Below, piece by piece: positions 44,220 through 54,037 of a DNA stretch of 64,000 nt. Position 1 is the stretch's first letter. The number at the start of each line of letters is the position of its first letter. The stretch is from Cyanidioschyzon merolae (Eukaryota): the NCBI GenBank assembly GCA_000091205.1, contig AP006500.2; one strand, given 5' to 3'. Position numbers and translations under genes: made by a program. Below the pieces are notes generated by a model, which saw nothing but the letters and a program-made list of their open reading frames with translations, was not told the DNA's origin and did no database searches.

Positions 44220-47200
44220 TTAACCTTTCTCGAGTAAACTCAATGTCAAGAGCACGATAAAAAGCAAGACCGCTGTGCGGTAAGTTGCCCCCAGACCAGG
44301 CCACTGTGCGAGCACGATCTGCACCAACAAGGACAACCAGAAGAGCGGCTCCGTCCAAACAGGCCAGGGTTTGGGCACCGGCTGTCGCTTCAGGAAACCG
44401 TTCTCGCCTATGACGAGCCGGGGAGAGATTCGTAAGCGTCGTAGTCGGCCCGAGGCCTCGTTGCCGTGTTGACGGGAACGTGCTACGGTCCGACTAGCGG
44501 AGGTGCGGCTCTGAAAGGCCGCCAAAACATACGCAGAGATGATACTCGAGGTCGCGTCAATCTCAATCCACTGAAAACAACGCGGATATGGCACGTCGTT
44601 CCAGCCATGGGCGAAGCTATAAACCGTCGTAACGAGCACAAGAACGTTACTCACGACTGCGGTCCATTCGATGAGTCCGTGGTCGGCCCAGGTGAGCTGC
44701 TCAGGTGGCCAGTTGCCTCCGAGGAGGCAGCTCAGCACGAAAAAGTGCCAAGTGATGTGCAAGATCCACAGCCCAATGGGCATGGACGGTTGATGCTCCA
44801 CAAGAGCAGATTCCACGACCAAGGATGCTGCGGACTGCTGCAATGCTCTCGCTCGTACCATGGCGAGATGTTGGTGCAGAATATGCCTACCGAGGCGCGG
44901 CAATAAGATAGCGTAGAGCGCCAGAAAGCCGGTATCCAGCGAGAAGAACATCTGGCTGAAGCGCTGAAGCAAACGACGACGCGAGCTACGACGCCAACGA
45001 GTTCCCAGTGAGGCACTCCGTAGACGTTGCAGAATCGCTACCCATCGTATCCCAGAGGCATCATGCTGGAGCCGAAACTGACTCAGAATTCGGATGAAAC
45101 ATTTTGCGGGATACCAGAGCGACGCCAGTGCCGAGGTATAGCGGCAGTGCAGTGCGCGTCGAAGCCATGAGCGCGGAGCTGCAGTTCGGGGCCTCCAGAG
45201 CCGCCCTGCTGAGCACGCAAGACGAAGACAACTGAGAAGCTTCCAAGTCGATCGTCGAGGCGCTCGCACAGCGGCTGACATGATCAACGCTCGCTCCGTA
45301 ACATTGCACGCTGGTGCTGGTGATATCGCTCCCGCTGGGACGAACTCGGAGGATCCAGACAGAATCTCGTGGACTGGACACGGTGCTCCATGTGCCCGAG
45401 TCTGCGCTCGTGTGCGGCTCACGCTGTGTAGGCCAGGAGACGAAGATGCATCCGCCGCTGATAATGACGACGATGACGATGACGATAAGGATATTGATGT
45501 TGATGGCGGAGCATTTGTGGCGGGAATACGCCTCCAGTGAGCATCCGCTGCGATAGGCTCCTGTGAGGCGTTGCAACTGCCGCTGCAAGCAGAGGTTCCC
45601 GGAGTCGTCACGGAGCGATGCGGGGAGCTCGAGGCAGCTGGCCTCGTGCGGTACGCTCCTGCCTCACTCGTGCTGCCTTTTGCCTCCTCCGCTTCGACAG
45701 CATCCATAGTAGGCACCGAGGCGGTAGCCGTGCCTGCAGCAGTTTCGTTCGCTGATGCAGTCTCGCTCTGGATAGCATCGGATGCAGATACCGTAGCAGG
45801 TATCGTATACCGAGTATCGCTTCTAGCATTGTGGTTCGTTGTTGCACTCTCGTGCTTAGCACTGGGTAGCTGGGTAGTCGCATTGGTGCACTGAGTGGAG
45901 ACTGTCTCCCCTGATTGTCCGTTTTCGCTACGAACGAGACGTTGCGAGACTGTCGGCTGCACCGCACTGGTAGCGCCTTGAAGCATCAACGGGACCTGCG
46001 GCGAGTTCTCTGGGGCTACGCTGTGCGCTGAGCTGCGCTCGACACCAGGTGACGATAAGACAGCAGCAGCAGCAGCAGCAGCGCTACGATGGACTGCTGG
46101 CTGCCTTAACCCCGCGGGCGACGCATTTGCAGGTGCAACACTCGGTTTTGGCAGACATGTCTGGTCCCAGAAAGGTCTCGTTGAGACAGGGCAGCGTGAT
46201 ACTCGCTCCGCGTCACTGATACGATCGCTTGACGCTGAGACCGGCGTCAGTATCGTCTGTCTAGAGACTTGTGTCGTAGCAATAGGTTTGACGAGTGACT
46301 CCCGCGAGCTTCTCTGAGTAAACGTACCCAAGGAGACGTTCTGGAGGGACGACCATGGACCCGGTGTGCAGGCGCTGAAGCGTTCTCTTTCATCCACCGG
46401 TATGCAAGGCGTGTCTGTGACAATGCTAAGCGGAAGTTGGAGGCTTGGTGTATTTTGCTCTGCGGCGGCATGGGAGCTGCGTATTCTTGGCGACAAAGCA
46501 GCAAGACTCGCGCTGTTTGATGCTTGCGAGTGATCCTTGCCCAAAGCAGGGATCCTGTCCACACCCTGACCGTGCATCATTGGCGGCAGCAGTGTTGCCA
46601 CATCCGCAAGATGCAATCGGTCCCGGGACTCGCTTTCACCAGTGCGAAAGAGCGCCCCTCGTACGTCGCTGTCGTCAGTTGAAGGCAACTCTGGGACTTT
46701 CCGTCGTCGCCATCCCCAGTCCTCTACCTGCATCGTCGCTGCATCGTTGCCGTGGCTCCAGTGACACTTGAAGGGCGCCGAGGCCGCCAAGGGAGTGCTC
46801 ATCAGAGATGCCCCAAGGCAGTCAACCGGAGCAGACGTGCTCGGCGACGGAGATGGATTGTCCAGAGTCTGCATTTGCTCCTCCTGTTGCTGCCGTTGAT
46901 GTTGTTGTTGTTGCTTCCAAATCGGGGAGAGACGCTGTTGAAGCGTCGGCAACAGGCTCGAAAATTCCAATTCCGAGCGATTCTCCGGATAATTTGTGAG
47001 CCACCACACGAGATATTTGTAAGCATCCTCCTCATCTGCCGGATGGAAAAATCGACAACGACTTTCACCACGGTAGCAGTTCGGCCAGAAGCGACACAGA
47101 CCGCGAGCTTTCTTCTTTGCCAATCCAGCCTGTGCTTTCTCGGATATCGATGTCGAGCTCGCTGCGGACGTCGTAGGCACGAAAGGGGTTCCGGTTTCCG

Positions 47201-48287
47201 ACGGCAGCGAACTGTTCGTGTGCCGCAAAGCTTGGTCTGCAGGTCGCGGCTCACGGCTCAAGCCTGCTCTGCGAGTTCCACTCGGTCGGCTGGAGAAGGG
47301 TCCAGCACGATGCCTAGACGACGACTCAGGTCCGTGATTTCCTTCACCAGGTTCAGTGCGTTCCTGACGCAAGTGACGCTGTGTGCTTGAAGGCAAGCTG
47401 GGTATGTCCCGCCCGAACGCATATCGCGGAGATGGCGACACTGCTCGATCGTAATGCCAACCCCGATCAAGCAGGCTCTCACTTACGCGCTCCATATCCT
47501 CGGTATGAGACGTCAAGTTGGGACTGTGCTGCCTGTTGGTAACGCTGGCTGGCGGCAGGACCACGTCCTCCGGTTCCAGCAAGTCTCGAATCATCGCGAC
47601 CATCAGGGAACTGCAACCGAGACTGATTTCGATATCCTCAGGTTCCTGGTCATGATCAGGATTATCTCTCAGTGATGCTTGTGCCGCAGATGCAACTGCC
47701 GGTGCTTGGAAGGTTGTCTTCGCGGACCCGGATTGCAAGCATGTCTCATGCCTGACGCTCGGCGGTAAGTTCGGGAAACGAGCGGGGAGGTCGCTTACAC
47801 TGGCCCCTCGATGCTCGGATGTGTGCAACGATACATACTCAGTGGCTTCAAAGGTCCCAAGTCCAGTCTTCGTCGCCGGACGGCCAACCCAGGCGGGGGA
47901 AGGCTGTTGCCGCGTCCCTTGGAGGCTCACTGGCGAAACCGGTGCACTTGCAGGAATGCGCTGATCGAACTGAGGTTCAGAACTCCAGTGAGGAGTTTCC
48001 CACGAAAATCTGCCAGACGCAGCTTCGGCCAGCAATGGGGGGCTGCTCGCGTCCCCGGGCGACAAGCCGCCACTGATGTGCCGCGCCTGTTCAACGTCCG
48101 CCCGCTCCGCACGCTGCGAACTCTGCTTGGTGCGTGAACCCTTAGAGCCCAAAGAAGGGAGGGCGAAACTTCCCGTCCGTGTACCCTCTCCGGGTGATGT
48201 CGCCATATCAGTCTTCAGGCGGGATGAAGCTTTGCTGCGCAAACCAGAGAAGCCATGTCCCTGTGCAGCATCGAGCGCCAACACCAT
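44220..48287 (-). CDS. Hypothetical large protein: about 800-aa Ser/Pro/Ala-rich low-complexity N-terminal region, a CCCH-like zinc-finger motif (CRFWPNCYRGESRCRFFH), and a C-terminal multipass membrane domain
   Basis: ATG at 48287. A 1355-codon open frame is far beyond chance length. The C-terminal about 300 aa have several hydrophobic helices (LWILHITWHFFVLSCLLGG, VVSNVLVLVTTVYSF, LFWLSLLVQIVLAQW, AVLLFIVLLTLSLL). Whether it is one gene or a fusion of two cannot be decided without transcripts. Confidence 0.4.
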   Translation of the reverse strand: MVLALDAAQGHGFSGLRSKASSRLKTDMATSPGEGTRTGSFALPSLGSKGSRTKQSSQRAERADVEQARHISGGLSPGDASSPPLLAEAASGRFSWETPHWSSEPQFDQRIPASAPVSPVSLQGTRQQPSPAWVGRPATKTGLGTFEATEYVSLHTSEHRGASVSDLPARFPNLPPSVRHETCLQSGSAKTTFQAPAVASAAQASLRDNPDHDQEPEDIEISLGCSSLMVAMIRDLLEPEDVVLPPASVTNRQHSPNLTSHTEDMERVSESLLDRGWHYDRAVSPSPRYAFGRDIPSLPSSTQRHLRQERTEPGEGNHGPESSSRHRAGPFSSRPSGTRRAGLSREPRPADQALRHTNSSLPSETGTPFVPTTSAASSTSISEKAQAGLAKKKARGLCRFWPNCYRGESRCRFFHPADEEDAYKYLVWWLTNYPENRSELEFSSLLPTLQQRLSPIWKQQQQHQRQQQEEQMQTLDNPSPSPSTSAPVDCLGASLMSTPLAASAPFKCHWSHGNDAATMQVEDWGWRRRKVPELPSTDDSDVRGALFRTGESESRDRLHLADVATLLPPMMHGQGVDRIPALGKDHSQASNSASLAALSPRIRSSHAAAEQNTPSLQLPLSIVTDTPCIPVDERERFSACTPGPWSSLQNVSLGTFTQRSSRESLVKPIATTQVSRQTILTPVSASSDRISDAERVSRCPVSTRPFWDQTCLPKPSVAPANASPAGLRQPAVHRSAAAAAAAVLSSPGVERSSAHSVAPENSPQVPLMLQGATSAVQPTVSQRLVRSENGQSGETVSTQCTNATTQLPSAKHESATTNHNARSDTRYTIPATVSASDAIQSETASANETAAGTATASVPTMDAVEAEEAKGSTSEAGAYRTRPAASSSPHRSVTTPGTSACSGSCNASQEPIAADAHWRRIPATNAPPSTSISLSSSSSSSLSAADASSSPGLHSVSRTRAQTRAHGAPCPVHEILSGSSEFVPAGAISPAPACNVTERALIMSAAVRAPRRSTWKLLSCLRLACSAGRLWRPRTAAPRSWLRRALHCRYTSALASLWYPAKCFIRILSQFRLQHDASGIRWVAILQRLRSASLGTRWRRSSRRRLLQRFSQMFFSLDTGFLALYAILLPRLGRHILHQHLAMVRARALQQSAASLVVESALVEHQPSMPIGLWILHITWHFFVLSCLLGGNWPPEQLTWADHGLIEWTAVVSNVLVLVTTVYSFAHGWNDVPYPRCFQWIEIDATSSIISAYVLAAFQSRTSASRTVARSRQHGNEASGRLRRLRISPRLVIGENGFLKRQPVPKPWPVWTEPLFWLSLLVQIVLAQWPGLGATYRTAVLLFIVLLTLSLLEKG

Positions 48288-48349
48288 CGAAATGCGTCGA
48301 GCGCACGCCGCCGGCGATGCGGATGCTGGCCCTGGCGGGAACTGGAGAA

Positions 48350-48480
48350 CGTGAATCTTATGAAACTATATTATATAAAAATATAAAGAATTGGATTCAT
48401 AGGGATTATCATGATATAAATGAGAAATAAATGACATACACGTTTGAATATAAAATGGTATAAGTATGCACTATACGGAC
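48350..48480 (-). promoter_or_regulatory. AT-rich patch with TATA-like runs (tatataaaaatataaag) 65-190 bp upstream of the ATG of the 44220-48287 gene; candidate core promoter
   Basis: About 130 bp at roughly 20-25% GC embedded in about 60% GC sequence, located just 5' of a minus-strand start codon. Confidence 0.3.
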
Positions 48481-49380
48481 TGTGATCGATGGAGTCCTGG
48501 GCGCACGCCTCAGTCGCTTCCTGGTGAATCGCGGGCCCGTCGGGTTCCGTACGCGTTGCCGCCTCGGTCGGTATGCCTGGCGTATTCCGTGCTGCTCTCC
48601 CAAGAGCAAGGTGCGTCTACCGACAAGCAAGCAGATCGAGTTCAACGCTGCACAACAGCCGCGGAGAGTAAGCGCCAGAACATGCACGAGGTCACCAACC
48701 GGTTGACCACGTCCCTATGAGGTCGCGTACGAGCGCATTTTCGGTTTGCCAGCACGTTTACACGGACCGGTAAACATTGATGGTGCGCTTTATATCGTCG
48801 ATCCGGAATGCATCCATCATTCCACGCCCTATTTTCCATCTCTATCACGCATACTTCCCCTCAAAGATATCGGTGATGTCTCGGGTTCCACCACGAGCCG
48901 AGCTCGCCGTCAGCCTTGAACATGTCGCCTCTAACGCCGGTGCCGACGATACCCGGAGAAAGAACAGCCCTGCCATATCGCGCAGCGCATCCGCTCAGCG
49001 ACGCACGTTCGATGTACTGGCCACAACGGGCGATGCCCCGCGACGCTAGGGCGTGAAACGCGGTACGACTGCTCAGGCAAGTTCTCCGTGGGAGCGTAGG
49101 CGTCCTGGAATTTGAAAATGAGGTGTGGAATGACGGACGCATTCCCGATCAAAGATACGTAGCGCACGTTCAGGAATCACCAGTCATTGGAAACGCTTTG
49201 TCAAAACAGGAGTTTGCGGTCGCTGTCGCTCTGGAAGCGCTCCTGTACGGTGAGCTTTCGATAACGCCGCCAGCGCAACAAAGTGCACGATCGATGCCTG
49301 CGCCTCGGGTGCCGTTCTTTCAGGAACACCAGAATCTGAGTCCGAACGACCCGTATCCCAAGAAAAAAAAACCTGCCTGG

Positions 49381-52083
49381 TTAGGCCAAGAGTTTTCTGG
49401 AGGCTTTACGCGAGCCTCTACGGGCTGCAGGTTTCTTTTTTCCCGTCGTTCGCGGCTGAACGATGAGCGCATCCGCCGCTGTATCCGTTTCCGATTCGGT
49501 GCCGGTGTCTGGTGCAGCTGCTCCACGGGTGTCATCAATGACGACAGCACCATCCGCATCGAGTAGACCTGCGTTGCCGTCGCCGACGCTTTCGTTTTCG
49601 TTGTCCTGGGGGCGCTCGGGAACACCGCGGCGCCCAAGCGGCACCAGATGAACGGGGTGCTCGTGCTGCTGGTACGCTCTCGTCAGCGCAGCCTTGATAC
49701 TAGCGGGCACCTCAACACTTGGTCTAAGCCATAATTCATCCAGAAGCGAACGCCAGTGTTCCAGGGTCAACGAGTACACATCCATCGTATCCATGACGCC
49801 TGGAAGCGCATCGTTACCCTGCAGTACAAGAGGCACGACGAGCCGGTACGGTAACATCGGCCGATAGTCGAGCACCAGGGCACGCCTGTCGACAGCGCCG
49901 CCAAGAGCGCCCCCTGGACCACGTGCAGCCTGAAATCGTAACACCCAGTCGCTCAGCATACGCTGCATTTTCCCTGTTGTGCTGTTCTTGCCCAGCCAGG
50001 ATGGGAAATTAGGTCGTCCGCTCATCTGGGATCCGGCCATGGCGTGACCCGGCAGGATGCACGATAAAAAGGCCAGCACGTTGCTGAGGTCCCAGCGATT
50101 CTGTCGACGAATCTGATCGTTGGTGAGGTCTCCCCAGGAAATCGCGTCCGCGGCATCAGCCATGCAGCGCAGAGCGTACGGTGCATGTGTGGGATTCCGC
50201 TTTCCATTGGTGAAGAGCAGATAATTCTCCTGAACCATAAGCGGAAGGAGATCCGCGTCCATGAAAAAAGTTTCAAACAGGTCGCTCAAACCCGGTAGTT
50301 GTGCCGATGACTCGAGTGCTCCATGGTCGACGCGCGGGTCCACGTGCGGCGTCTGTCCTGGGAGGTGCCATCCCGGGCTGTGGAAGAACAGACCGAACAA
50401 CTGGAAAACAGACTGATCCTCAAAAGTCTTGCCCAGGAATTCGTTCAACTGCTTCACATCCATGTAACTGAGGCGTTCTGAACTGCTTCCGCTGTAGAGC
50501 TGCATCATGGTAATCATTTGACGAATGTCCCCGTGGCACGCTTCAGCAAGCTTCTCCAAGGCGGCATCGTCAACGCGCAGACCCTCTTTCTGGGCGATCT
50601 CCTGCAGACGTTTCCTAATCTGGCTCCACATCGGGCGGCGGAAGCGCAGGTAAAGCGTTGAATATTTGAGCGTTCGTAAATTCGGACTCGAATCGTCGTT
50701 GCAGATGCAGATAATGGGTACTCGCGACTTTCTAATGAGTCGCGAGAGTTCCGCGAGACCCCCGCGATCACCCGATGACATGCCGTCGATTTCATCCATG
50801 ATGAGTACCTGGCCCTGCGGAGCGGGTAATTTGTTTCTCCAAAGACCCTTGCTGGTGCCGGCTAACTCCAAGTGTGGGCGCCCCTGACCAAAGGCATGCA
50901 TCGTTCGCGAGCGCAGCAACTCGGCTACGGTTTCATGGAGCGAAGAACGGTTCCGTGTATCACTCGCATTGAACTCGATAGGTTCGTAGCCACATTGCCG
51001 AGCAACAGCATGAGCTGCACTCGTCTTTCCGATTCCAGGCGGACCTGCAAGCAGCGCTGCCCGCGGAAGTTTGTTGTTCCCGTTCGTAATGCGGCCTCTT
51101 GAACCATTCGCTGAACTCGATCGGTTGCTGGTATGATCAGCTGCGCCATAGACCTGGCTCCAGGTACGTAACCAATCCTCGAGTTGCTTGAGTACACCCG
51201 GATTCGCTAGGAGCTCTGTCGCCTGCCGCGGATGATACTTCACTGTCCACAGCTCTGCTTGGGCATTCATTCGCGCGGGCACATTCTCCTTGGTCTCCTG
51301 TCTCGGCACAGCGGCATCAGAGCGGGGACGCGGTGGCGACGGCCGTCGACCTTTTGGTGGCGGAGCCAGTGCCTGCTCCAACTGAGGGTTCACAGGCGGC
51401 TTGGTGTCTCTCGAGCGCTCTCGAATCAGCGCAAAAACACCATCCTCATCAAGAACCGTGATGCTGGGCCTGCTTGCAGCGAGCTGCATCTTCTTGGGTC
51501 CTGGATCCGCCCCGGCAACAAGATAGTTCAGGTTGCGCGTGACGCTCTTGCAAACATGACCACCGTTGGCACGAATGAGATCCTCCATCTCCTCGCGCGT
51601 CAAAGAGTCCATTACGCCTGTGATGCAAAAGTTCAAGCCCGAAAGACAGTCGGGGCTTCCACGAGGTGGCGGGGCCTTCTTCCCACGTAACGGAGGCGAC
51701 ATGACCTGTTGAACGTGCTCCCAGACGCGCTGTCGTATGCTCTCTCGACTGGGTGTTGGTGTCTCAGCTTCCGCGACGTTCTCACCTGGTGAAGAGCCCC
51801 GAGGTGCTCCCGCTCGGGCTTGCGTCACTCTGGGTGGCGTGACAAGGTGCTCGTCCACGTTGACTAACGATCGCTGAGGGCTTTGCTCGAGCCCAGTGGA
51901 GCGCGCTTCAGCTTCTTCAACTGCGCTCTGCCTTGCCCGTTTGCGTGGCGTCGTTTCTCGTGCTTGCGCTGTAGCCGCTGAGGCCGACTCCGGTTCCCAG
52001 TCTGCACCAAGGGCATCCTCCTCGTCATCGTCGATGATGACGCGCCTCCTGGAAACGCTTGACTTGCGGCTCGGGCCCGGCAT
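49381..52083 (-). CDS. RFC1: Replication factor C large subunit (RFC1): BRCT domain plus AAA+ clamp-loader module
   Basis: ATG at 52083. BRCT: LNFCITGVMDSLTREEMEDLIRANGGHVCKSVTRNLNYLVAGADPGPKKMQLA. RFC1 box: ELWTVKYHPRQATELLANPGVLKQLEDWLRTW. Walker A GPPGIGKTSAAHAVA, Walker B/DExD VLIMDEIDGM, sensor-1 ICICND. 900 aa. Confidence 0.88.
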   Translation of the reverse strand: MPGPSRKSSVSRRRVIIDDDEEDALGADWEPESASAATAQARETTPRKRARQSAVEEAEARSTGLEQSPQRSLVNVDEHLVTPPRVTQARAGAPRGSSPGENVAEAETPTPSRESIRQRVWEHVQQVMSPPLRGKKAPPPRGSPDCLSGLNFCITGVMDSLTREEMEDLIRANGGHVCKSVTRNLNYLVAGADPGPKKMQLAASRPSITVLDEDGVFALIRERSRDTKPPVNPQLEQALAPPPKGRRPSPPRPRSDAAVPRQETKENVPARMNAQAELWTVKYHPRQATELLANPGVLKQLEDWLRTWSQVYGAADHTSNRSSSANGSRGRITNGNNKLPRAALLAGPPGIGKTSAAHAVARQCGYEPIEFNASDTRNRSSLHETVAELLRSRTMHAFGQGRPHLELAGTSKGLWRNKLPAPQGQVLIMDEIDGMSSGDRGGLAELSRLIRKSRVPIICICNDDSSPNLRTLKYSTLYLRFRRPMWSQIRKRLQEIAQKEGLRVDDAALEKLAEACHGDIRQMITMMQLYSGSSSERLSYMDVKQLNEFLGKTFEDQSVFQLFGLFFHSPGWHLPGQTPHVDPRVDHGALESSAQLPGLSDLFETFFMDADLLPLMVQENYLLFTNGKRNPTHAPYALRCMADAADAISWGDLTNDQIRRQNRWDLSNVLAFLSCILPGHAMAGSQMSGRPNFPSWLGKNSTTGKMQRMLSDWVLRFQAARGPGGALGGAVDRRALVLDYRPMLPYRLVVPLVLQGNDALPGVMDTMDVYSLTLEHWRSLLDELWLRPSVEVPASIKAALTRAYQQHEHPVHLVPLGRRGVPERPQDNENESVGDGNAGLLDADGAVVIDDTRGAAAPDTGTESETDTAADALIVQPRTTGKKKPAARRGSRKASRKLLA

Positions 52084-53104
52084 ACTTGACTATTGCAAGT
52101 CTATAGCAAATACGTTGTTCGGTGGTATGGCAAGGTGTTGACGGCAGTAGCGCCTGCGAAGCGCAGACATGTGCGCGCGCAGCCGTCGAGGTCGTTTACC
52201 GGTGATGCTTTTCGCAGAAGCGCGATGCTCAGAGTACACACGCCTTGTGCGGAAACGACGATCGAATAAATGAGCAGAAAGAACTTGCAGGGCGAGTCAG
52301 TCGCACTCGTGCGAGATGCAGGATGCTCGCTTTGCGCATAAAACGTCATCGGTACACGCGCATGGTACATGTTTTCGGGTGGTATATGGATCGCACCATG
52401 GCAACCCACAGGTGCATTCTGTACGCGAGGTAGCGACAGCGACTTGTGTATCAGGCGGCTCGTGTCCAGGGCAGGGGGTCCAGGCTAGGCACGCCCCGTG
52501 CTCGGGTTCGTACAACGACTCGCAGACCGTGTGCTTGGATTTCGATTTCCCTCACCCAATATGATAGCGTGGGAGCGAGCGAGAGAGACAGAGAATCTCC
52601 AGGGCGTCCAAGCAACGTGAAACGTGCGGTTGCGCTTCGTACTGCTGGCATTCGCGCAGCCGAGTGCCGCTGACGAGGTCCGTGAATCCTGTCACAAAAA
52701 AAAAGCTTTGTCTTCTCTCCAGAGCTCTGGACGCCGAGTGAACGCTCCGCAACTACCTCGATCCAGGAAGCACAGGTCCAGAGATGCCCAGAGCGCTTCC
52801 ACTTTTAGTCCCAAACGAGCGTATCTGTCCGGCACCTGCTCTGAAAATGAAAATGCCCCATGCAACCCAGTCGGTCCGCCTTGAACCGAAAAGGTGCACA
52901 CATCCCACGCAAGAGCGTACCGTACCGCCTTGATGCTCAAGGTATATGGTTCGACACCGGCTCCCGTCCCCTGGAACATGCCACATCCAGAGCGCAGGAT
53001 GAGGTGTTTCCCGGGCACAGGAAGCGTGCAAAGCGCCGACGCTCGAACGCCGCCTTCTCATCAGCGATGTCTTGCCTATACTAAAAACATCGCAGTACAG
53101 TGAT

Positions 53105-53830
53105 CATCATTAAGGTCATCATCACCATCATCATCAGCGATGCCTCTGTTATGATATACATCATACTACATTGATAATCATCATCTTCATCATCATCGTC
53201 AGCGATGCCTCTCATATTCCATACATCATTATACATTGATAAGCATCATTATGGTCATCATCATCATCTTCTTCTTCTTCATCAGCGATGCCTCTCATAT
53301 TCCATACATCATCATACATTGATAAGCATCATTATGGTCATCATCATCATCTTCATCTTCTTCTTCTTCTTCGTCCGCGACGCCTCTCATATTCCATACA
53401 TCATTATACATTGATAAGCATCATAATCGTCGTCGTTAACATCATCATCATCATCTTCTTCTTCATCAGCGATGCCTCTCATACTCCATACATCATCATA
53501 CATTGATAAGCATCATTATGGTCATCATCATCTTCTTCTTCTTCTTCGTCCGCGATCCTCTCATATTCCATACATCATCATACATTGATAATCATCATAA
53601 TCGTCGTCGTTAACATCATCATCATCATCTTCTTCTTCATCAGCGATGCCTCTCATATTCCATACATCATCATACATTGATAAGCATCATTATGGTCATC
53701 ATCATCATCATCTTCTTCTTCTTCTTCTTCGTCCGCGACGCCTCTCATATTCCATACATCATTATACATTGATAAGCATCATTATCGTCGTCGTTAACAT
53801 CATCATCTTCTTCTTCTTCAGCGATAACCG
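53105..53830. repeat. Tandem array of about 8-9 units (about 80-100 bp), each = (CAT)n/(CTT)n microsatellite + agcgatgcctctcatattccatacatcatYatacattgataagcatcatta; each unit carries a GATA-type motif (TGATAAG); the array ends about 200 bp upstream of the S2P protease ATG
   Basis: Direct reading. agcgatgcctct recurs at about 53126, 53200, 53283, 53369 (variant), 53463, 53539, 53643 and 53733. Track ORFs in this interval (MPLIFHTS...HHHH) are translations of the repeat. Confidence 0.88.
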
Positions 53831-54037
53831 TTGCTACAGCGCCAAAGCAGCGTGTGCGGCAGGCGCGCCGCGCACCCCCAACGTGAAGATCGACTGCCTC
53901 CGACGTCGCCGACTCACGGTTTTCAGTACCAAGCAGAGGTCGTGAGCGTCTCCTGAGGCGTGTGCAATTCTTGAGTGCTTGTTTCCATTCGTCCCTCGAA
54001 AATCTATCGATTTGAGTAGGTTCCGGATCCAGACTAT

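Noticed and set aside
53205-53945. ORFs encoding MPLIFHTS(S)YIDKHHYGHHHH... in three copies
   Set aside because: Translations of the CAT/CTT-rich tandem array upstream of the S2P gene.
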